Origin: Lingula anatina
Lineage: Eukaryota > Animalia > Brachiopoda
NCBI GenBank assembly: GCA_051362555.1
Contig: CM120642.1
Coordinates: 6,634,001-6,698,000, forward strand
DNA: 64,000 nt
Direction: 5' to 3'
Below the pieces are notes generated by a model. The model was not told the origin of the DNA. It made no database searches and saw only the letters and a list, made by a program, of their open reading frames with translations. Below are positions 12,983-25,948 of the stretch, in pieces (the stretch's first letter is position 1; each line of letters opens with the position of its first letter). The position numbers and the translations under genes are program-made.

Positions 12983-15589
12983 ACAACACAATGTGTAAAC
13001 ATTCGATGATTCCAACTGCTACTAGTAGGCCTATACTGAACTAGTTCCAGTAAACGATTAGACCCAATATTTTAAACTTAACAGACACATTAACACACGT
13101 AGAAAATCAAACCAAAAATCTAGACCTCACCTTTTTATAACCTCCCTGGTGCTCACAGTCATGTGACATACTTTCGTTTAGTTAACCGCATATTCCTCAC
13201 TTACTTGATTAAGACTGACGCTGCCTATCACCTGTCCATGAAATTGAGAACTGTAATTTTAAAACAAGACTTCGCCTAATTATAAACCAGGGAAAATGTT
13301 GCTTAGATACAGAACAATAAACCATATTAAGGTTTGCAATTGAGAGTGCATTCTTGTTACATGTACCGAACAAGCCGAGCGAAAAATAAATGTCAGAAAA
13401 TATAGAAATGATGCATCAAGCAGGATTTCATGAGGAAATCAAGCGAGGCCAATGTGAATAATGCCCCTCTCAGTACGTTCGTTTCATTTTCTAGACAGTT
13501 AAAGGTCATTATGTTTTTCACAATCCCCTTAGTTTGACGACCCCTTGTTTTTTGCACTATTATGACAACCGAGGGCTTCCGTTTATGCGAGGCCATATTC
13601 CTAATAGATTTTTTCATTTCTTTCATGACGACCGCCGCAAGCATTTGTCGCTCGATTATCGAATGACTGGCAGACAGCAACCATGGATGTTTTGTGAAAA
13701 TCTTGAAGGTAATTTCCTCACGAGCAGCTGAGATCCGTCTTCGTTATGTATGGAAGAGAATATGTGGACGTCCGTTTTAATTTTGCTTGAAATCGTTTTA
13801 TGGAAATCCCTCAGTAAAACTCAGAATGAAACATACAATATCATCTAACATCATATTTTTTGTTATCTTGAAAAGGGTGCTCTTGTAGCTTTATGCAAAT
13901 CTTCACTACATTAAGCCAAGGAAATCTTGTACCTCCATGATTTAGCCAACTTAACTCTAATTTGGCTTCGAGAGATTTATCTCGATAGCAAGTAAAGTCC
14001 TCCATTAACTTGATCATCTGGAAAACTTTCCCACGCTATTCGTTGGTTTATGAATTCACAGGCTCACTGTCATTATTATTTAGATATTTGCAAATTAAGG
14101 TGATAAAAAATTACGGGTCTTAGTTATGAGCACGTGTTACTGAAACATATCTATATGCATGTGCACTTCCTGCATGGATAAGAAACCATATACCAGTAGT
14201 TATTACACTTGTTGGACGTTATCTAATCCTCTCTGGTACGAGAACTACATGTATTTGGAAAAACATCTGCCTTGTTACCAGTCAACATAAGGATAAAACA
14301 ATTTAATAAAAATGCAATGTAGTGTTTTAACACTTATCAAATTTATGAAACATTAGCTAGCGTTCTCATCCTGCAGACAGGGTCGCAGTGTCTGACTTAT
14401 CATTTAGCTAACACAGAATGAAGATCACTAAACTCCATTACAGTTCGGTGATTAGGACGCAAATAGAGTCATCTCAACGGCAGAGCTCATTGTTTGTTCA
14501 TATGAGACTGGAGAAAGAATTCACACTATCAGATAATACTAGTAATTCATATTCCATTGTGATGCATTCGTTCCTGGTAAACACAAGGTCAAGGATACAA
14601 TATGTTGACAATATAGTCTTTTCAATTAAATATGATGTCATGATCTAATATTGTATAAACGGTTGACCTTAAATGAAGCGAATGAGATCCCAGCAAGCAT
14701 ACTATTAAGACAAAGGGCAAACGTAAATCAAATGTATACAACATCATCTTTAAATGAAGCATTTACTATGAACTTTTCCTGCATAACGTCATTACATCGT
14801 CTTTGACAAGTTTCAGGACATCATTAATGTAAGTTAGGCGAGAGATCTACAGTATATTTGAATTCCGTAGAAGCGTAATAATTAATACTCAGTTACAAAG
14901 CAATATATACAAAGGCTCGGGTTTTCCATCATTTTAGATCAATAAAGGATAAATGACAACGGAAGGTCCCAGAAACACTTATTTTTTATTTCAAAGAACC
15001 ATCTGTGAAATGTTAACAATTATGAACTGTTTTTTTATTCGTGGCACGATAAGTGTTATTCACAAAAGACAGAAATAAATGACCATAGGACACAGAGCAT
15101 ACATGTATGTGCGCGCATGATCAGAATGTTTGTTGCATTGGCGATTTGCAGTCGTGTTTACTGAAATATACAAACAGGCGCGCACACACACACAATAAAT
15201 ATAAAAGAATGAATATACACAGGAAAAATGGAAAGATAAAGCATAGGCTAGGGGTGCTGCTGGCGCTGATGGGGGTGGGAGTAGGCGGGAGTTGATAAAG
15301 GCCACAGCAGTAATTAATGGACTCATTAGAGAAATGTTAGGACAGGAAACAAGCGGGCCCTAAGACATAATTAATAGTCATGATTGTTCCAGATAAATAA
15401 TCCCTGTCGTCTTCTCGTTAATGTTACCTTCTTAAAATACAGGTTATGATAATGGGTTGACCAATTAAGGAGTAATTGGAAATATTATTTTTAGCAAACT
15501 GAATGGATAAAGCCCGGTAGTTCTGTAGAAATGTAACGAGCACCTTGAACTTGCACCCACTGTATCATACCGTATACTCTTTATACTTG

Positions 15590-15804
15590 GACCCCATTTC
15601 CAGAGATTAGATCGATCTACTTTAGATCGACCTAACTCCCTGGGGGTTCACGCTAAATAGCTGTCAGCCGGGCGGACACGAAAGTTAATTACCCCTTTAC
15701 AGCTTGTAGTAGGCGGGACGGACATTTAAGCCGGATTATCTGACAGTAATCTTGTGAGACTCCCCGCGGGGATAGATCGATCTAAAAGCTCTGGGAATAC
15801 AGCC
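15590..15804. mobile_element. Imperfect inverted-repeat element (MITE-like)
   Basis: CCAGAG..TTAGATCGATCTA at the left mirrors TAGATCGATCTAA..CTCTGG at the right; the words GTTAATTACCC and GATAGATCGATC recur at about 57275-57365. Confidence 0.5.
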
Positions 15805-16674
15805 TTGGATACCAGTACAATTTAATGAACCATGTAGCGGTACAACTGTGCCCTTTTTGCACCACAGCTGCAATGTAATCTCGTGTAAATCTCCGTGGGA
15901 AATAATCGTCCGACTTCTCCATGTCTTAAATATGAATTCAGTTTTGAAGTAACTGTTACATTACTGTATATGTCGTCTTTATTTTTTTTTATCTATCTAT
16001 TTATTTATTCATTTATTTGCATTTGCAATATACCCTATAGGTAAAAGGGTCAAATTATTTGCACAAAATACTCAAAGAAACTGATTTTTGATCACTTTTT
16101 GCCGTGCTCCGAATCGAATGCACTTTCCTTATAGTCTTTCAGCATCTTTCTCCACCGTATAAGACTATATATAAGACTATATATAAATCTTTAATATGCA
16201 AAAAAAAAAAAAAAAAAAAAAGAAAAAAAGAAAAAAGAACACAGCATAATATGGTAGACTCTGGTTACGGATTAACCGTATTTCACTGCCCAGATGATGC
16301 CACGGATGTATACACTACACACGCTCGTGTCGCTTACTCAAAAAATATGGATTTAGACAAAGTGACTAATTGGGCTGTCTCGTCGAGGGATCCGATGTCG
16401 CACAATTTCCGCCTTTCATGTACTAATTAGTTCACCTTCACTGTTGTGGTACGCGTGTAGAACAAATGAAAAACAATTGATAGGCTCTGTGCAACCAACA
16501 TCGATTTGTTTTCTACTTAGTGAATTACCTGGTGTCCGTTTCCTAGAATAATTAAATTGCCGAGGGAGCGAATTGTGTTTTTGCTTTAATTACGCAAGAT
16601 GCGAGGCTTCAGTGCTCGCACACCGTATCAAGGTATGTGAACACGAGGCTGACGCCCATCCAGTGAAGACATAC

Positions 16675-16677
16675 CTA
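16675..16677 (-). other. Candidate 3-nt microexon (TAG) or recursive AG|GT splice site
   Basis: Minus strand reads TTTTTCTGTTTTCTGGTTCCGCAG|TAG|GTATGT. Confidence 0.4.
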
Positions 16678-16813
16678 CTGCGGAACCAGAAAACAGAAAA
16701 ATGTGCAGTGATTGTTTTTTATAGATTTGAGACGTAGCTTTATCATAGGTATGTAGCGAAGTTACTATTAAAATGTTTTAGTTAGTGTGCAGTGTATAGT
16801 ACAGTGCATGATA

Positions 16814-16814
<1 letters not shown>

Positions 16815-16848
<34 letters not shown>
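16815..16848. repeat. Poly-G tract (about 34 nt)
   Basis: Direct observation; homopolymer length may be inaccurate in the assembly. Confidence 0.9.
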
Positions 16849-16850
<2 letters not shown>

Positions 16851-18920
16851 GAGCAGGACTCGGGAATTGTAGTTATCCCAAAGAGTTGAAATAAAAACCT
16901 TCCAAATCCATTAAATGGTTTAAGATGAGAGAGAGAGAGAGAGAGAGAGGTGAGTAGGGAGGGGGCCTCGTGGGCTGAAAACCAGAAATGTTCTCATATT
17001 TTTGGTGTATTCGCATGTAGCATTTAAGTGAAATGAAAAGCAAATATGATTAAAAAATGTACACAACAACAACAAATTGGCATATCTTTAAACTAATTAT
17101 GTCCTCTACATGTCCTCTGTGATTCGTGCAGAAATCGAATTTTGTTGTCATCAAAATAATTATACTGTACAAGTCTTTTGTGGCTCTGTGCCACGGGTGT
17201 GTCAGTCTGTGAGGGTTATTTTTATCAGGGGTAATCGAACATCGTTAAGTGCAGAACAACACATTAGTGGACCTACATGTAGATACAAACACACACTGAT
17301 GATTAAGATTCACCTCACGCAACCCTCTAGTACATTTGTACGTATGACCTTTAAGTCCTCTGAGACAGGGGATCCCGTGGTTTCGAGTCTGCTCCTCCCC
17401 CCAAAAGGCACCTTAGCAAAATCAGGCATTCGCCAGTGAATTTAAAAGCCATAACTAAAAATGAACGTTTCAAACATCAAATCTCGCAAAGCTGCTATAA
17501 CATTCAGTGTCATATCTTCATGTTGTTTGTGCATACCACTTGTAGAAAAAAAAGTTGCGCTCAAATTGATATTACTAACTCAATGCGGCTTCTTGCAGAC
17601 AACATACATCCTGTAAGTGAGGTATTTCCTCGTTAGTGATGAAGAAACAGCGCAACAAACAAAGCACAAAAACGCATTAGTAAACCCTGAATAAGTACAA
17701 ATTGATGAAGATTCAGATTTGTCTTGAGCGGCTCTTTTGTATGGATGACACCGATTCACAAAAAACTTATTTAACTTGGAAGGTGAACGACCGTCACACC
17801 GTCAACTGTCATTGATTCTGTCACTGGGGATAGAATGGTTTAATAGATCTCTTCCTAGAGTAATTAACAGACATCGAAGACCCATTTAGTCCACACAGAC
17901 TCCGCGATGTTTCGTGTTTTATCCTTACTGTATTCTATGCATAATGTGGATTACATCTAAAATACATTGCATGGTAAGAGTATAATAAACAACAATATCC
18001 TGCCAATAAACGTGTATTTCAATTGACTCCAATCGGCTCTCATGTTGCGGTTTTGGCACCACACCATAAACGCTTCGGGTTAGTAATGGCATCTGCGTAC
18101 AAAGATAACGGTATTTTCAAAGTGGGAGACATCGGAACGCGTACGTGGACTGTTTTCATTTAGTTTGGTATGTGAAATGTACAATATTGCGTCTCTCTCA
18201 AGTAGTCATTAATGTTATTGCCTGTTCCATCAGCAGCTTTATTTGCAGTTCGAATGATAGAACAATGTATGAAGCCTGCCTCATAGTTCTGTAATTAAGA
18301 TATGAAACCTCATTTGCGAGCACATATTCACTGTTGTTTTTAGCGAAAAGGGCCGCTTTGCTTCATTTCATTGGACAAACGCAGATGTACTTTTTGTTTA
18401 GATAAGGCATAATTTCCTGCTCCAAAGTTTAATATTCTATTGTCTCGGGATGTTTTTTATGAAACAAGTGCTTGTTATATAGCGGCAAAGATTGTGTTAT
18501 GACCATGATTCTTCACAGTTTACACTGGCTTCGACATTGCAGAATAACTCAAAGGTGTCCCCAATAAATAAACAGTATCAATAAAGCGCACTCAATTAAA
18601 CTGTATGTGTAATAATATATATAGGAAGGATTGCATAACCTATAAATAGTATAAATGAGGTTATTACATAAGTCTTACCGATCTACCTACGAGTATACTC
18701 TGCATATTTCCGCACTAACAGCAAGGAACCAACGACGCAATGCGTGTTACAATCATGAGACAAACGTTATTACACCGGGTGTGACAGTCCTTTCTCAAAT
18801 TACCAATATCTTGGCACGAATATGATATAACAGATGAAGTGTAATCAAACAATAAGATGCAATCCATTATTATTTCCAAGTGAGTCGCTCGTTGTCTCTT
18901 CTACAACGATGGTGTAAACC

Positions 18921-19070
18921 GTTCCCGTGACAATTCAAAAGGGCGGTTCTTTTTTTGAAAAAGTGGAGCTTTTACCATTAAACCTTCGTGTACCTAGATA
19001 AAATTTTACCCAGAGAGATTTTTCTCGGCCGAAATGGGGGTTCTCAGAATTCCACCTAGCTACGGGCCTG
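18921..19070. mobile_element. Diverged copy of the GCTACGGGCCTG MITE
   Basis: TTCAAAAGGG.GGTTCTTTTT.TGAAAAAGTGG and the terminal AGCTACGGGCCTG match 11185-11319; the left end is degraded. Confidence 0.6.
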
Positions 19071-20767
19071 CTAGTTATTCAAAGGGGAAGCAATCACTGA
19101 GGCTGTGAGGGAACATTTTTATATACTATTTTTCTAGAGAAGATTAATGAAATTGGCTGTCCTGGCCCTTGCGCTGTCACAGCACAGACTTGGATTGCTC
19201 TTCCAAGGGTGAGCACAGAAGCTGCCTCCACTTTGAGAAGAGTACCATGAGATCACACTGTGCCCTGGTATTTCTACCTAGTTTTAAACAGATTTGAACT
19301 TTGGTGTTCATAGAGCATAACACCTTTTGCTTCTAATACTGTAATACCCTGAATACTGTAGCTTTTTATTCTCCATATTAATAAATATACATGTATTGTA
19401 TGTTTTATGTGTGCATGTGCATCTTGAGGGTGAAGGCCCTACACATTGCTTTCAGGTTTGGCACCAGGCACCAACATAGGCAGATTGCAATTGTTTGTGC
19501 ACACATATTTAAACAGATGACAGAAATTTTGAAAAGCACGGTTAACCAAAATAAGAATTACATGTAGACCTATGTCCACTTGGCCTATCGACTATACCAA
19601 ACCCACTGTTCCTCAGACTTCACCACTTAACAGTTATAATAAGTAAGCTGCTGGAATGATAGGCTACAATCACTGTCAGTCTCTATTATTCAATCAGACA
19701 CTAATCTGAACTCTTGAAATAGGAGTCAGAGGAAAATAAGTTTAATCAAACCAAGCTACAATGTACGTGTTGACTACGCCATAAGCGAAGTGACCGGAAC
19801 CCGATAATTCTCATTCTATGATAAAAGTCTAACATTCTATTGAGACTTGTTTCTGAATTAGCCAAGACTGAAAAATTTGCTCAGAGCACCCCACTCTCCT
19901 ACTGGCTATTATTTACAAAGCAGCCAGCCTCCCCAACACGTGTGAGTTTCTGTGTATGAAATAATTAATTTGCACAAACAACTAGACACCACCAGTATTT
20001 ATGCAGATGTACATGCTGAAAGCACTCGCATTTCGCCGAAAAACGCCTTTAAAACCGAATAAAGCGAATATCGCCACAGCCAAATAACATCTTATCTCTA
20101 GGCATGTATACGTGTATATGTAAACATGCATTACGCCAAGCAAATGTGTTACTGCAAAGTAATGGGGAATTATAGCAGTTAGCGTGAAAAAATTAATTTT
20201 GAAATTATCAAAAAACAAAATAGCACATGTATAGATAATGCGAAAAGTTTGAAATATGAAATGGTGCATGTGGGTAAATGCGCCTGTGCAGTACCAGTAT
20301 GAATGCAACATGAACGCTATGTGACGGTGGAGCAAATACCACGATACGGTTCCATTTTATGCCTTTTGCGCTGCGGTTCCTCTATACCTTATTGTGCGCT
20401 CTAGGGGAGGGTGAGGTGGGATTGCAATCTCCACCCCTCACTGCTGCCAATGACAACAAAATCAACAGCATTCACTGTTTAGAATTGCCCCAGTTTTAGA
20501 AGAATCTATGGCTATTTTCCCCCATGGTAAAAGTAATAAATCAATCGCTGCTATATCGTGACTTAGTACAGCATACACAAAACCCCATCAAGAATATATG
20601 TGATCGGATTCTGAATGGTTATGTCGACACCAGATAAGGCAGGATTAACCTTTTATTACCTTGCATTTTGCCGCTAATGGCCGTAATGTTAGAGAGAGCG
20701 ATTGCCATTTGAAAGTGCTCGCTAAAAGAGTGTTGAAAGAGGCAATGTCTGAATAAGACAAACTTAC

Positions 20768-20841
20768 AGAAGCATGCAGAATTGTCCCTGGTCGTCGGTG
20801 ACTCGTTTATGGCAGCAGAGCCAAAGACTACCCTCGTCCAT
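20768..20841 (-). CDS. Alternative N-terminal coding exon B (MDEGSLWLCCHKRVTDDQGQFCML, 24 codons + 2 nt)
   Basis: CCA-ATG-G start; locally GC-rich open frame; donor CT|GTAAGT at 20767 in phase 2. Too short for the ORF track. Confidence 0.55.
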
Positions 20842-21655
20842 TGGCTTATTACGTGAAACTACGAAATTATTTAGCCATGTCGCAGATGCTAATAGTCGGA
20901 TATATTACCAGCGATATCTAAATATAATATCCTCCACGGTCCAGATAACTCTGCACTTTGAGGCATTGAACGCGTCGTGTCATGTTCAAAAACGTTTCAG
21001 TCTATATCGCAACAGAAAAGAATAAAATTGGACGGTTCCCAAGAGACGCAAACAAGTACATTATTATGCACTTAACAAGAATAAGATCAAACGCACTTTG
21101 TCATATTGAGCAGCAGTGAACTGTATGCCATATTCCAGCTCGGTTAAACGTGACATTCAGTTCTCTCTTACGACAAAATAAAACTCTTATGCATTATCAG
21201 TGTTCTGTGTCATTCTAATAAGCTCACAGGAAAACATGAATCAATCCATCGCGACCGATTGGTCTCCAGAGTGCTTGCACGGACCGCAGAGCGGATGCTT
21301 AAGCATGCGTTAATGACATATAGTTATGATTCACAAAAAAAACAGTCTTCTTAGAAACCAGTCGTCTTGCCTGCAAAACCTACTCGTGTTAACTTATAGC
21401 ATCCAGCATGCGCCACGCAAAGTCCTACTTATAAACATGCATCTACACACTCATGTGTGCAATAGCAATACATGATTCTGCAATTAAAACACGAAGGGGG
21501 GGGGGGGGGGGGGTTCCTGGAAATCCTATACACCTTTTTAGTGTATGTGGAATTACACAGCATCCAAAATAAAGGCACTGGACCCGTGGGTTTGTTATCG
21601 ATGTAGTCATGCACTTATATTGTATACTCTAGTAGTGAAAGTCGTCTTCACTTAC

Positions 21656-21774
21656 CTCGTCCAAGGTCTAATGGTCCTCGGAGCCTCCTCCAAACTCGAG
21701 CTCTTAATTTCGTACCTCCAATGTCGCTTAGTCTTCGGTTGCAGAGACGTGCGCTTCAACATGAACTTGCTCAT
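21656..21774 (-). CDS. Alternative N-terminal coding exon C (MSKFMLKRTSLQPKTKRHWRYEIKSSSLEEAPRTIRPWT, 39 codons + 2 nt)
   Basis: CAAA-ATG start; open frame; consensus donor GAG|GTAAGT at 21655 in phase 2; TATA-like TTTAAATA at about 22070-22063 followed by an Inr-like TCAG at about 22046. Confidence 0.7.
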
Positions 21775-22244
21775 TTTGTCGTTAAATCAAAGATATATCC
21801 CCGTAAAGAAAACAATGAAATTTGGTTACACTTTTCTTCCCTCGGACTGGACCATCTTACTCATACCCCACAGCTTCACAGCGACTTGAGGTGATTAAGA
21901 CTATTTCAGCAAGCGAGCTGGGTAAAAGGAAACAGCCACCAAGTGACAGCACCAGTTCCTGCAATTATCTGCAGTGCGTGCAGGTAGGACACAGTGTCAC
22001 AACATGCTACCTAACACGAGCTGTCGAAGACGGCTTCTGTTTCTGATACGAGTTCACCAGTCTATTTAAACAGCCGCTGTAACACGAGGCAGGATACCTT
22101 GGGCGTTTCGATCGTCCTATGGACAAGACAAGATCGATGTGGTGTGACGCTAACTGACAGCTCTCATATGACAACACGTGTTTGACTACTACTACTTCTT
22201 TTTCTTTTTCTTCTTCTCACTCACACTTTCCAATGGGGACTTAC

Positions 22245-22262
22245 AGGATCATAAGCATGTCT
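22245..22262 (-). CDS. Candidate 18-nt microexon (x-D-M-L-M-I-x in phase 2)
   Basis: Minus strand reads TTTATTTATCATTACCATCATTTTTCTCTTAG|AGACATGCTTATGATCCT|GTAAGT; strong acceptor and donor, length divisible by 3, open in phase 2. Confidence 0.55.
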
Positions 22263-25200
22263 CTAAGAGAAAAATGATGGTAATGATAAATAAACTCATT
22301 TGATGGCATTTTTGGGTCCATTTGGGGTAAACTGGTGGTTTAATATTCCCAAGAAGGCGAAAACTCACGCTTAAACGTCAACGGCCTTTTGATTGAACAG
22401 GACCTATCAAAAACACATTAAATTTGTCCTGTCCATATTACATGTTCCTCGCACCTTCTTGTTTTTTCTAGTAAGTGAACAGAGATAAGGACCAAACTCT
22501 AATGTACGCAGCGTCCAAGTACCGACAATTTTCTCAAAAATCAAAATGAAGTTCCCGAGTCTAATATCAGCAAACGTACACAATCTCATTACAGATGGCC
22601 CGAAATCTCATCACTCGACAACGACAACAGCGATTCGCGCCCTATAAGCATCTGCTTTTTTTGCCCAGTCGTTTCGTAGCCGAGTTTCAATGAAATGGTT
22701 TGACTGCGTATGTGATGATTGCGTATGTGATGCATAGGCCACTGCTGCAAATTGCTTGAGAAAAGGATATATTCTAGTCACTGGGGTCACCTAAGTACAT
22801 GATGGTGACTTTGCCCTTTAGGAACAAAGCCAGGTGATTTTGACGAGTACATTATGTACAATACATACATGAAACACTGGATGCCGACAAATATGCGTTG
22901 CTAAGATACATGAGATAATATATATCAGGCCTAACGCACTTCCAGGAACTCTTATAGATGTTTTGAACGCATTCTTCGTCTTAATTTCTGACAAATTTGA
23001 GGAAAAAAAAGGTGATTTGTTTCCTTCGAACTGACTTAAAGGTAGCGGTGAAACGTACTGAATAATAATAATAATAATAACTCATTGCGATATACATTTA
23101 CTGGTAAGCTTCGTTAAAATGTATTTCCCTTGGTTTACTTCAGCGTTACAGAGAATGAATAGAGTCCTTTTCCAAAGGTTTCCCCGACCAAAGACAAATT
23201 AAGGCAAGCAATCTCCTGTACAACACCCATATGGGCAACTCTTCATCGAAGCATACGCTTTTGATACATTTTTCATGGTGGCAACGAAGTTTGGAAGTAG
23301 CAAATAATGTTCATTTCATATTATTATTAGGCCTTGGTGTATTGAAGCACGTAGGACATGTTTGGCTAAAGTGCATTTAATTTGGTTGCGTTTTGGTTCG
23401 ACTGACACTGGTGAAATTTGAAATAAAAAAGCGATGTATTAAGAACATGCCTAGTTCGTGGGCTACTGCAAAAACCCTGACATTTGCATTGTATCATTGT
23501 CTGAGCTAATGTGCGGTTTTTTTTGTCATGCTCGATCGTGAAAACGTTAAGAAACCAAATTCACTGTCATTGTTTCTGACATTTTTTACAAGACAAGAAC
23601 ATGGTTTCTTTCTTTCCACAATCAGCAAACTGAGGTGCGAAAACGTATCGTATTCTTTGCATGCTCACTTATAGTCTGTAAATTAAAACATATATTTAAA
23701 ACATTTTGCATCCTAAAAGCAAAAAGGATTTTCAGATTCTTCTTTTTTTTACATAATCCACATGTTATGTCAAGCTGTAATATGTGCAGTTGACATGATA
23801 TTCACAGAGACGTTACTGGGGAAAGAAAATGCACGCTAAAACCATTTAAAAAGTGCTGATTCAGTCGCATTTTGCAATGTCATGTGCACCTTTTAAATCC
23901 TGCTAATACCGTCAGAGGAGTCACTGGTCTCACAAAATTTATTTGACGGTCAGGTTTCCGCCTTCAGCTTATTCAATCAAAAAGATTATCAAGACAAATG
24001 AAATCACCAAAATCTGAGTAAAGTGCTGACAAACCAGCCAGATTCACTCACTTCGCACATATACTGTAGATATATACAGACTTGACATTTAATGTGGAAT
24101 ATTGTATCAGTTTTAAAGGTACATACATGCCTAGGGATAAAACGTACTTTTTTTATTTTATCTCATATAGGGTACGTTAATAGAAAATGTGTAATCAGAA
24201 TTGTCAGAACCTATAAGTTAGTGGACTGCCTTGTTTGTAAATCTCCTAAATTACGTAATGTGCCATAATTTCGTTGAGTAGCACTCTTTTGAGTTGGTCC
24301 TTGTATGACTATGAGAGAGCATAGTTCTGTTAAAATGTTTCGGTAACGCCTCCACAGATGATTTTGAAATTCTGCATACAAGAAGCCAGTTAAAATGTGC
24401 GTTACATTAAATTAAAGTACGTTACATTAAAAAACATATTTCTCGGCACGTAAGACACAAAAATCATGAAACAAATATGAGGTTATTTTTTCTTCTGACG
24501 TAACGGCATATGGCATGAAAATGCTATTAACAAGATCTAATAATTTCCCCTGTAATTTTAGAGGAGATAATAAATCTATGATTTATTCATAAACATATTC
24601 AATGCTGGATTGAAGCATGCTTTTAGGCTTTATTTCCGAGAAATAATAAAATTTTTCCTGAGTGATTCACTTATGAGATGGAAGTATTTTCGAAAGGGAG
24701 GAAAGATTTTCCTTTGCATAGAGATGAGTTTATATATTCAAGACAGAACGCGGAGCAGAATACTTCTTTTGCGAAGCATGCGCAGAAGATGTCAACTAAC
24801 GGTCAAAAAACGGCTTTGTTTTATTACAAGAAAGACAAAATCTATGAAAACCTGCATGAACAAGAAACAAGAAACAAACTCGACCTTGACGATTTTCTAT
24901 CATAACGAGCCCATAATGTGATCGCATAAAGGTAACCAATTGCACGAAACGTAGCTAATGTAATTTTACTTAAAATCTATCGATTTTTCTGCGTAACCTA
25001 TCAATCATTTACCTGGAATCCTCTCTCTCCATCCCTTGTCTCGCTACCTCGACTGGAAGCTCGTTAATTACATTTGTGCGGAATTGACATGGACACGCCA
25101 ATGTATACTTTTCGTTACACGTAACGTTACAGCCCTTTATTTGTGGGTTATACAAAAAACTACACGCTCTGCCAGCGCAGTGTTGTACGTACAAGACATT

Positions 25201-25914
25201 GTCTTTGCGCTCTATCATGCAGAATCTTATACAACAACAACAGAAAAGTTGAAAAGTACTTTTGCTACAATAGACCAGACACGGACTGGCTTCATGATAA
25301 ATCAGACGGTCTGAAGATATATATCTTCCCAAATCGTCATCATTCTACATGTAGGTCAAATTAGCCCACTTTATTTACATCGAGTGATGGCAAACAAACA
25401 AAAAAGATCGCCAGTTCAAATCACTAATTTACATCACAATCACTAATCTAATTTCAGTTCTACGATTAATTTTTATTGCAAAAAGCATGGCGTTTTTCCA
25501 ACCGCAGATTATCCATGGGTATATTAATTAATTAATCAAGGCAGGTACTATTACGAAGATGCACCCGGAAAATACACGCGTGAGATTGAAACAAAGGTTC
25601 GCATGTTCTTGATAGGTAGGCCTATCCTGATCAAATTAGATTCAATTTCAACCTCAGAGCGGATAGAAATCCAAATTATATTAATTCCATACATGATGGT
25701 CCATATGTCTTCGCACTGGGTTATTCTACATTGATGCATCACGCCGACTCTTTTTTTTCCTTACGGCTGTGCTTAGATGAATGATGTATCAAAAAAGAGA
25801 CCAGGAATAAAGCTCGCTGTAATCTACGTGCTGAGCTTTCAACCATTGGAGATAAAAGCTACTATAAGTCAATGAGTTAACTTGACATATTCATTGAGCT
25901 TGCATCACCCCCCT

Positions 25915-25948
<34 letters not shown>

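Noticed and set aside
13393-13680. Bearded-family-like protein (basic helix plus ENETN)
   Set aside because: Only an NxxN match; no GTFFW or DRWxQA motifs.
17365-17405. tRNA/SINE B-box-like GGTTTCGAGTC
   Set aside because: No A box, cloverleaf or second copy.
18679-18714. Possible 36-nt minus-strand cassette exon (TGTTAG|...ATCG|GTAAGA)
   Set aside because: Contains a stop in phase 2; open only in phase 0, so it does not fit the gene model.
24112-24700. TTAAAGG start suggesting a Kolobok-type element
   Set aside because: No matching opposite terminus found.
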